A DNA stretch of 64,000 nucleotides from an uncultured Planctomycetaceae bacterium (GTDB taxonomy: Bacteria > Planctomycetota > Planctomycetia > Pirellulales > PALSA-1355), in assembly GCA_963785305.1 (NCBI GenBank), contig CAWAUV010000009.1:477762-541761 (forward strand), in the 5' to 3' direction. This document shows positions 56,193 through 64,000 of the stretch, piece by piece. The position numbers and the translations under genes are program-made. Every line of letters begins with the position of its first letter. Within the stretch, counting starts at the first letter, position 1. The notes under the pieces are model-generated. The model was not told the origin of the DNA. It searched no databases and saw nothing but the letters and a program-made list of their open reading frames with translations.

Positions 56193-56205
56193 TGCCATTT
56201 TGGCA
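56193..56205. promoter_or_regulatory. Palindrome TGCCA-TTT-TGGCA, candidate upstream activator site
   Basis: Perfect 5-3-5 palindrome about 155 bp upstream of the sigma54-like site. Confidence 0.4.
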
Positions 56206-56239
56206 CATTCCTGGCGAGCCGATCGTTTCTACCCCGCGA

Positions 56240-56773
56240 TCAAGGTTCCACGGCGATCTCTTCGTTCGATTCAAAATAGGTTATGTGTTCGCGAATAAAT
56301 TTCGGCGCTTCGGCGCCGGGCGGGGGCTCATCACGCTGCCAAGCCAACACAAAGTGAATTCGCTCGCGGCGCGGAGAAAGGCAATGCTCGTCGCCGGGGG
56401 CGCCCGTGGCATCTCGCGGCGTCGCATCTCGCCCTGCCGCGTCTGGTTGTGCCACGTCTGGTTGTGCCACGCTTGGCTCCGTGATCGGCGAGACCGACCC
56501 GGGCGGCGTTAGCTCCCGAGGCGCCGCGCTGGGCAACTCCGGCGTGCTGACATATTTGTCAATCAACCGCCAACCGAGATCCAGATACGCATTGGCGGTC
56601 GCCACATCCGGCACATCGAGCAGCCGCCGAGTATCTTCGAGCCCGGCGACCGCGGCGAGCACGTAGCAGGTTTTTTCGGGCGAGTCTTCGGTGGCGGCCA
56701 CCGTGTATTGGCTCAAGAGCTTCCAACCGAAGCGCAGGTAATAATTCGCCGTCTCGGGGCTGGTCGTCTCCAT
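56240..56773 (-). CDS. Hypothetical protein with internal duplicated motif
   Basis: TANYYLRFGWKLL and TANAYLDLGWRLI repeats, plus VAQPD tandem repeats. Confidence 0.6.
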   Translation of the reverse strand: METTSPETANYYLRFGWKLLSQYTVAATEDSPEKTCYVLAAVAGLEDTRRLLDVPDVATANAYLDLGWRLIDKYVSTPELPSAAPRELTPPGSVSPITEPSVAQPDVAQPDAAGRDATPRDATGAPGDEHCLSPRRERIHFVLAWQRDEPPPGAEAPKFIREHITYFESNEEIAVEP

Positions 56774-56930
56774 GATGTTTCGCGCGCGAGCATATTCATG
56801 GCGGTATTTTAGTGAATGCCGCGCCAGCGGAAAAGCGACGCGAGTCGTGTGACGGAGACCGTGGACTTCCGAAGCCGCCAGCTTCCGCGCTCCAAACCGC
56901 GCGATCGACAACCTCGGTAATTACTCGACA

Positions 56931-57833
56931 TTAATCGCCCAGCGCGGCGAAGCGCTTGCCCGATAGCCGCTCCAAGGCTTCGATGTACTTGGCCCGAGTG
57001 CCGGCGACGACCTCGGCTGGAAGCGGCGGCGGCGGGCTGTTCTTATCCCAACCGCTCTGTTCGAGCCAGTCGCGAACAAACTGCTTGTCGAACGAATGTT
57101 GGGCTCGGCCGGGCTCGTAGTCGGCGGCGGGCCAAAAGCGCGAGCTGTCGGGAGTAAGCACTTCGTCGATCAACAGCACTTCGTCGCCGCGGCGACCCCA
57201 TTCGAACTTGGTGTCGGCGATCAAGATTCCGCAAGCCAATGCATGCTCGGCCCCCCGTCGATAGACTTCCAAACTGCGGCGCCGCAATTCCGCGGCCAGA
57301 CGCGAACCGACGCGCCGTTCCATTTCGTCGAACGCGATATTCTGGTCGTGGCCGCTTTCTTCTTTCGTCGCGGGCGTGAAAATCGGTTCCGGCAGCCGGT
57401 CGCTTTCACGAAGTCCGGCCGGCAACCTCACTCCACACACCGAACCGGTCTCGCGATATTCCTTCCAGCCCGACCCGGCCAAGTAACCCCGCACCACGCA
57501 TTCGATCGGCACGACGTCGGTTTTCACGACCCGCATCGAGCGCCCGGCAAACATCGCCTGCTGGGCGCCGGCCGGAAGATGCAACTCGCGCCAATCCGTG
57601 GCCAAGCGATGATTCGGTTCGCCGAGCCGGTGGAACCAAAAGTCGCTGAGCGCGGTGAGCACGCGGCCCTTGTCGGGAATGCCGGTGGGCAGGATCCAAT
57701 CGAAGGCGCTAATTCGGTCGGTGCTCACCAGCAGCAGTTCGTCGCCCAGGTCGTATACATCGCGCACTTTGCCGCGCCGCGGCGCGAGGCCGGGAAGTTC
57801 GGTTTGCAGCACGACAGGCCAGGGCTCGTTCAT
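56931..57833 (-). CDS. purC: Phosphoribosylaminoimidazolesuccinocarboxamide synthase
   Basis: GKVRDVY, TDRISAFD, ECVVRGYLAGSGW, IADTKFE, DEVLTPDSSRFW, SFDKQFVRDWL. Confidence 0.97.
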   Translation of the reverse strand: MNEPWPVVLQTELPGLAPRRGKVRDVYDLGDELLLVSTDRISAFDWILPTGIPDKGRVLTALSDFWFHRLGEPNHRLATDWRELHLPAGAQQAMFAGRSMRVVKTDVVPIECVVRGYLAGSGWKEYRETGSVCGVRLPAGLRESDRLPEPIFTPATKEESGHDQNIAFDEMERRVGSRLAAELRRRSLEVYRRGAEHALACGILIADTKFEWGRRGDEVLLIDEVLTPDSSRFWPAADYEPGRAQHSFDKQFVRDWLEQSGWDKNSPPPPLPAEVVAGTRAKYIEALERLSGKRFAALGD

Positions 57834-57875
57834 GGGCTCGATTCTTGATGTCTAAATTGACGATGGTTGAATACG

Positions 57876-58022
57876 AGCCTGTTGAAAAATGCCATCGTGG
57901 CTTTTTTCAACCTCGCCAAGCGCCGAGCAAAGCTCGTCGCGGCTCGCAAAATAACGACTTACGTCCTTGTTTTGACACCGCATCCGTGCGGCGGCGCAGC
58001 CTGTTGAATATTTCAACAGGCT
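57876..58022. mobile_element. MITE-like non-coding element (147 bp)
   Basis: Terminal inverted repeats AGCCTGTTGAAA / TTTCAACAGGCT. An extra internal AGCCTGTTGAA forms a hairpin with the right end. Confidence 0.6.
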
Positions 58023-58027
58023 GCTAG

Positions 58028-58333
58028 CCCTTAAACCAGTATCCCTTTGAGGGCGTGGGCGGGGAGATTTTTGGAAAAAAGCGAAATCCCTCGGCGGATT
58101 TGCGGTATTCTGTGTTTTTTGCCAAACGCGAACACCGTGGCCACCGAGGGATTTCGAGTGAAAGCCAAGAACCAAAGAGCGCGGGCCAAGACCCAGAGAA
58201 CACAGGCCAAGATACGCCGACGTCTCGCCGCATGCAAGCGGCGGGTCGAGCGGCGCATCGACAAGCACAACTGCGAGGGTTGCGAGCGCCCGATCATGCG
58301 GCCCGGCAATATCAAGTACGAGCTTGCGGAGCC
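58028..58333 (+). mobile_element. IS1380-family 5' fragment truncated by ISAs1
   Basis: CCCTTAAACC end; AKIRRRLAACKRRVERRIDK...CERPIM..NIKYELAE resembles IS1380 transposase N-termini. Stops at the ISAs1 IR. Confidence 0.6.
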
Positions 58334-59584
58334 CAGGGTCGCTCATTCTTTCAAGATGCCGAGTCTGGTGAGGAGGCGGTCGACTCGGGCGGCGTTTTCT
58401 CGCAGAGTTTGGGCGATTTGGGTGCAGCCTAGCGATCGTAGGAGGGTAAGGCCCGCATTGCGGAGCGTGCTGAACGCCTGGGGCGCGCTGCCCTTGCGGA
58501 TTCGGCAGGCGTCCTCGCCCAGAACCACGTCGCGAACCCAGTGGGACTTGTTTTCGATGCCCCAGTGCCCGCGCCACCAGCCCAGCAGGTCGGCGGCCGA
58601 GCCTTTGGGTCGTGGCGCGCTGGAAATGGCATACGCCACTTCGTGGGTCTGAATGCCCTTGCGCCAGGTCGTGCGGTCGAGTCGGCAGACCTGCTCCAGG
58701 CCGGGCCAATCCAAGTGCTTCGCCAACCGGGTCGAAGCTTGCAGAGAGCGATGTTCTCGTCGGCCGTGTCCCTTGTTCAACGTTTCGGCGACATCGAGAT
58801 GGGATTGGCGTTGCTTCTCGTTATAGGGGGGAAAAGGCCGGCTCGAACTCGGCGGCGATGGCCTGCATTAGAGTCGGCTGATTGTCTTTGACCACCAGGA
58901 GATAATGCCCGCCGCCGTCGATGATTTTCTGGCATATCTCGCGCTGACACAACAGGGCGTCGCCCGTGATGACGCGGCCTTTCAAGACGATCGTTTCCAA
59001 GAGTTCCGGCGCGGCGGTGATCTCGTTGGTCTTGCCATCGACTTCCATCTGACTCAAGACATAGCCGGTTTCTTGGTCGTACAAGGACAGCAAATGGGCG
59101 GTCCGTCCGTGCGCGTTCAGCACTCCGCACAGGGACTTGCCATCCATCGCGACGGCGGACAACTTTGCCTCATCCACAACCTCGCCCAGTTGCGACTCGA
59201 CCCATTCTCGCACGCACTGCTCTAAAATCACGGGGTCGAGGGCCAGGATCAGATCACGGAAGGCATTGGCGCAAGGAGGCTTGCGCCAATAGCCCAGCAA
59301 CCACCAGATTTTTCGGTCCTGCGACGCGATCCAATCGGCGATCGCCTTGTAACCTCGGTGGCCGCAAAGGATTCCGCAAACCACGGTGGCCATCATGGCC
59401 GAGAGCGAAAAGCGTCGCCCCCGCCGCCCACGAGGATCGGGAATCCGCGACAAGAAATCGAGCAGACTCGTTGCTTCGGCAGTCGCCATGCAAGCATCTC
59501 CAGCAGAATGAAGGTGAGTGGACGCACGTACACACTCATCCTACGCGGGAGACTTCCGCTAGACTAGAACAATGATTGGCCCTG
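58334..59584 (-). mobile_element. ISAs1-family insertion sequence; transposase 58343-59489, frameshifted
   Basis: IRs CAGGGTCGCTCATT / AATGATTGGCCCTG; IPDPR, AMDGKSL, KTNEI, ITGDALLCQ, VKDNQPTL, RGHWGIEN, WVRDV. Confidence 0.92.
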
Positions 59585-59628
59585 GGGCCAAGGTAGTGCC
59601 TCAAAGTTGTGTTGCTGGCCGCGCGGTT

Positions 59629-59946
59629 CTATTTTTCCGGCGATATGACCCAGGCTTCGGGAAAAAGCGATTGGGCATCAGCAACATCTACTGGCGATTT
59701 GGGGCATACAATCGGCACTCCGCGCTCACCGATTACCCAAAGAAGTCCGGGCGCTTTGGTGCTTCCGCAATAACATTGTCTCACGAGACTTGGCAAGAGA
59801 TGCGTCGGGTCCTCTCGGCTGTCTTGGAATTGCCTGCGCTCACGCGCCCAATTCACGTAGTATCCGATCCAGCAGCAAACGACCGTCACCCCGACGAACA
59901 GCGTCGCCAGCGATAACTGGAACCGGCGGCGGCGGGGAGCGGTCAT
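59629..59946 (-). CDS. Small membrane-anchored hypothetical protein (RFQxSLxTL type)
   Basis: MTAPRRRRFQLSLATLFVGVTVVCCWIG N-terminus and SLFPEA C-terminus. Confidence 0.65.
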   Translation of the reverse strand: MTAPRRRRFQLSLATLFVGVTVVCCWIGYYVNWARERRQFQDSREDPTHLLPSLVRQCYCGSTKAPGLLWVIGERGVPIVCPKSPVDVADAQSLFPEAWVISPEK

Positions 59947-60086
59947 GGCTTTTTGGTTTATCCGAAACTGCCTCGCGTTGCGGCATGGATCGCGGTTTAA
60001 GTCGATCTCGCTAGCTGCCAGTATCGGGGCTTTCCGCGGAATCACGATCGCGATCCAAAGCCACCTAGTGCGGTAAGGCGCCGCCA

Positions 60087-60720
60087 TTAATGTTTAGCCA
60101 CGGATGACGGCGGCAGAGATTGCAAATTGGCGATCGCCTTTCCCGGCGCGTGCCGATCTGGCGCCCCAGGATTCCTTGACCGCTCCTCATCCTCAAGACA
60201 CTTCAAGAGGAATTTTTCATCTGGCGACGGCTCACGCGCATTGACGCGCGTTTTTCTTCGCGAGCAAGTCGCGATACCGGCGCTGGGCATATTCAGGGTC
60301 ACCCTTCGCAGCCTCTGCATCTTGAGCCGTGGTGTCGACGTCTAGCCGCAAGTCGCTCCAGCTTTGAAACATATCGCCAAAATGGCGCACGTCGCGAGCG
60401 ATGGGTATTACCACAACCAGAACGCCGGCAACGGCCGCCAGAATCGAGCAGCCAAGCGTAACGAAGTCGAGCCTGAATCCGCCAGTTTCGGATACGATGC
60501 CATCGCTTGATTTGCTCTTGCGAGTAAATAGGCGCTGATCGGGGGCAAAATACGCGGCGACAGCGAGTCCCATGCAAAGCATGGTCGCCACGACGACAAA
60601 GGCATCAATGTACCTTCCGCGTTCTTCCCATGACGTCAGCATCGCTTGAGCGTACCGCTGATTCATCCCGCATGTGATGCTCAGTTCCGTCAGCTTGTCA
60701 AGAATCGCGCCGTCTCCCAT
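60087..60720 (-). CDS. Two-TM hypothetical protein (SLATT-like topology); frameshift near 60250
   Basis: MNQRY...W, two hydrophobic helices, then a helical cytoplasmic tail. RBS-like AAGGA upstream. Confidence 0.55.
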
Positions 60721-60729
60721 GACTCGTCC

Positions 60730-61164
60730 TTACTGCTTCGGGGGAAGTTTGGGCTTTCGCGGTGGGTCGTATGCCTCTTTAGGAACTGGAGGGTCAGCAA
60801 ACGTCTCGCCATCCGAAGGTTTCTTTGGGAACTCGATAACGATCGTGTCGCCTGAACTGATGACCGGAACGCCGACAACTCTTGCTATCCCCAAATCCTC
60901 AAAGGACTTCCACTTCCCATCGCCATAGTTATACCAATACCCGTCCAGGTCCATCGAGAGCAAATCGGTTTTCGGGAGACGAAAGAAGTCTATCCGGCGT
61001 GCGACATAAACTTGCAGCCGGTCCCGGCCTTTTGTCCGCCACTCGATTCGCAGGTCGAACCGCTCCTTGAGCGGAACGCTGACCGCTCCGCTCTTGCTTG
61101 GTTCGATCGTCCGTGAAGTGACAGGGATGGTCCCCGGTTCCGCGTCCGAAGCGATAGTCGTTGC
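60730..61164 (-). pseudogene. 5'-truncated hypothetical ORF cut by IS66
   Basis: The frame of ORF 60730..60963 stays open up to the IS66 end at 61164. Confidence 0.55.
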
Positions 61165-62273
61165 GTAACTGTTAAGCCGTGGCGTGGCCTGGGCGCGGGG
61201 GGGCGGTGGCGATATTGGCGGGGATCGCGGGCGAGGAATTTCCGGGGATGGGTCGCGTGGCGGATGGTTTAACTGCTATTGGTGATCGGCAGCGGCAGGG
61301 TCTTGCCTTGCAATTTAGCGCGCACGACTTCGATTCCATACCTTGCGAAGCTCAAACCGTTTTTCGCGCCGGTCGCGATCACGCTCTTGATTCGGGCGAA
61401 CGCCGCCGCGCTCCATTCGGTCCGATGCGTGCCGCCATCATTCCTCGCCGCCGCCAGGCTTCGGATGTCGCGTTCGGTTCCGTTGTTGTCGGCCGGAACA
61501 TTCGCATCGTCGAGGAAGGTGAACAATTCGTCGCAGTGCTTGAACAGCCGCCGCCAGATTCGCAAACATTCGCGATGCCGCACGCGCGTCTCGAGCATCA
61601 ACGTGTCGAAACGGTTTTGAATCTCGTGTCGGGCCGCGTTGAAAGCTTTTTTGCCGAGCGACTTGCGCTCGTGGCCCAACCGGATCGCGTCTTGAAACAG
61701 CGTGATCAACGGCTGGATGAAGGCCCGCGCACTCGCCGCCGGCAACGTCTCGCGCAGCTTGTGCAACTCGCGAAGCAAATGGACCAAGCAGCGCTGTTTG
61801 CGGCAGTCGAGCCGGTTGTAGATCGCATAAAAATCGCTGACCAGCGTGCCCGCGAACGATGTGCCCAACGCTCGCTCGAGCACGGCCCGATTGCGATGGC
61901 GATCGATCAGGAACAATGCCAAGCGCGGGTCTCGAAAACACCAGGCCCACGCGGGCAGTCCGTCGATCCGCCAACCGGTCTCATCGCCTTGCACGACCGG
62001 CGAATTGCGCAAGAGTTCCCAGAGTTTGTCGACCACCGGCTCGAACAAAGCGCCGCCCCAACGCAAATGGCCGAGCAGTTTTCTTGCGCCGCTGCAAAAA
62101 CTTTTGGACTTGCTGTTCGAGTTGCTCGACGCGCTTGCGCAGCGTTCCGTTCTCCGCCAGCAACCGGGCGATTTCCGCTTCCAACTCGGCGATCCGTCGA
62201 TCTCGATCATCCATGATCCAATCAATGTGACCGAAAACCCAATTTCGGGAAAGAGGAAATGCTTAACAGTTAC
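61165..62273 (-). mobile_element. IS66-family element, internally deleted
   Basis: IRs GTAACTGTTAAGC / GCTTAACAGTTAC. The coiled-coil N-terminus (MDDRDRRIAELE) jumps straight to the DDE region (DETGW, VSDFY, QRCLVHLLR, DNNGTERDIR). Only 1109 bp. Confidence 0.85.
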
Positions 62274-62279
62274 CACTCG

Positions 62280-63997
62280 GGGACCAGTTCAGCTTTTGCG
62301 GGTTGGGGGGTGGATGTGGAAACGTCAATAGGAGAATTCGGGGTTTGTGTGGTAAGCTGGGCGAGGTGGATTTGATCGGTGAACGAAACTTGCTTAAGGA
62401 GCGCTAGGCATGGACGCCGCGATGCAGGCCCGCGAGGCCAGGAGGAAGGAACTTTTGCGGGAACTGGCCGAACTGGGAATCGAGGAGATGGTCGAGCAGG
62501 GGGCGTTCCTCGGCACGCCGCACTATAGCGTCATCGAGCGGTATGCTATCACGCTCGGCCGCGAGTTGAGCCGTGAAGCCCAAGAGCGAGCGATGCGTGA
62601 AGTCGCCGCGAGCTGCCCGACGGAAGCGAACTGCCCCACCTGCGGAGCGTCGTGCCGCGTGCAAACCGCAACGAGGCCGGTCACCAGCCTGGATGGCCGG
62701 GTCGAGGTGACCGAGACGACCGCTTACTGCGACCGCTGCCGGCGGTCTTTTTTTCCCTCAGCGGTTGACGTTGGGACTCGATAGCCGCGAGGTCACGCCC
62801 GAGTTGACGCGAGCCGGTGGTCTGCCTAGCCGCGGAAGTCCGTTCGTTCAAGCGCGCGGAAGTGACCACCGAGCAAGTGCTGGGACACAAAGTTCCCTGC
62901 AGCACGATTCGGCGTTTGGTGAAACAGGTGGGCCAGGAACTGGCCGACGGGAAGGCACTGCCGGCGCCCAGCGACAATAAAAAAGTCGTCAAGGAAGTCG
63001 TCGTGCCGGAAGCGGCGGTGGTCTCTTGCGACGGCGGCCGCATTCGCACGCGCGAGCCGGGCCGGGGCGCGGCGTCGTGCCGTCGGGCGAGAAAGGCTGG
63101 CGCGAAACGAAGAACGCTTCGTTCGAGCGAATGTCTCTCAACCCGCGGCATGTCGCGGACGAAGACGCTTGCCCCGAGTTGCCGACTTCCTTTCGCATCG
63201 CGAAAAAAGTGGCGAATATCGCGGAAAAAGCGGTTCCCCGCCTCGATTCGCCCGGCGAAGAATCCGCCGCCGAGAAACCCCGCCGCGTGAAGTACGAAGG
63301 CCCGCGGCGCAGTGCTGCGCACGGCGCTGAGCAGTATGTCCTGCTCGGAGGATTTCGGCCCGCTGATGCGGCGCGAAGCCCAGCGGCGCCGGTTCTACGA
63401 TTCTCCTTTACGGGTCTTCCTCGGTGATGGCCTGAACTGGAACTGGTCGATCTGGAAAAAACATTTTCCGACGTTCACGCCCGTCCTCGACTTCATTCAT
63501 GCGATTCAATACGTTTACCGCGCGGCGCTGGCGCTGGCCGCCAACGATGCGGAGGGTTGGTCGCTCTATCTAAAGTTCGTCACCTGGTGCTGGCAAGGCC
63601 AGGTCGATCACGTGATCGACGAGATCAAGCAAGCCTGCCTCGCGCGGGGCATCGACTGGGAAGATACGAAACCCAGTGACGCGGAGAAACCGCTCGTCGA
63701 CGCCGTGCGGTACTTGACGAACAATCGCCAGCGGATGGACTATCCCAGCTATCGCCGCCTGGGCCTGCCGGTCACCAGCGCGCCGATGGAGTCGCTGATC
63801 AAACAGATGAACCTGCGCGTGAAAGGGACCGAAATGTTCTGGGACGATCCCGACGGAGCGGAAGCGATCTTGCAGCTCCGCGCCGCCGCCCTCAGCGACG
63901 ACGGCCGGCTCAAGGACTACCTCTCGCAACGCCCCGGCCACCCCTTCCACCGCCGCTCCACCCCCCTCGCCACCGCCGCATAAGCTGAACTGGTCCC
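62280..63997 (+). mobile_element. ISKra4-family insertion sequence, multi-frameshifted transposase
   Basis: 16-bp IRs GGGACCAGTTCAGCTT / AAGCTGAACTGGTCCC; CPTCG...CDRCRRSFFP, SCDGG, FLGDG, LDFIHA, MDYPSYRRLGLPVTSAPMES. Confidence 0.88.
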
Positions 63998-64000
63998 TAC

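Noticed and set aside
55814..56239. CIRCE/HrcA operator upstream of dnaK
   Set aside because: Only a partial GAGTGC is present; there is no 9-9-9 inverted repeat.

Overview
GC-rich bacterial DNA; gene content and repeat types suggest Planctomycetota (inference). The housekeeping backbone includes an acyl-CoA carboxylase beta subunit, an RpoD-type sigma factor, pnp-rpsO, kdgK/SDR, tRNA-Val and tRNA-Arg, nadB, wecB, clpB, dnaK and purC. Many genes carry single-base frameshifts that look like long-read assembly errors. Three accessory regions interrupt the backbone. (1) About 10.9-20.8 kb: three same-strand remnants of Y1/HUH (RAYT/IS200-like) transposases, whose short end motifs (GGGTCAGGACTCATTG type) coincide with truncation points of cargo genes. 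The cargo is a HINT-HNH polymorphic toxin tip with its immunity gene and another 5'-truncated ORF, with a 5'-truncated DarG-like gene next to them. Two near-identical, inverted group II introns both sit at the same nucleotide of that motif, and their putative EBS1 loop is complementary to it. (2) About 28.9-31.7 kb: a decayed HipA-like/HIRAN island with an IS630 element, between two convergent tRNAs. (3) About 57.9-64 kb: a stack of mobile elements (MITE, IS1380 fragment, ISAs1, deleted IS66, ISKra4). Also notable: a TIR-domain gene plus a small partner gene lie between dnaK and clpB, and dnaK has a candidate sigma54 promoter. All family assignments come from motif recognition by eye; no database search was run.
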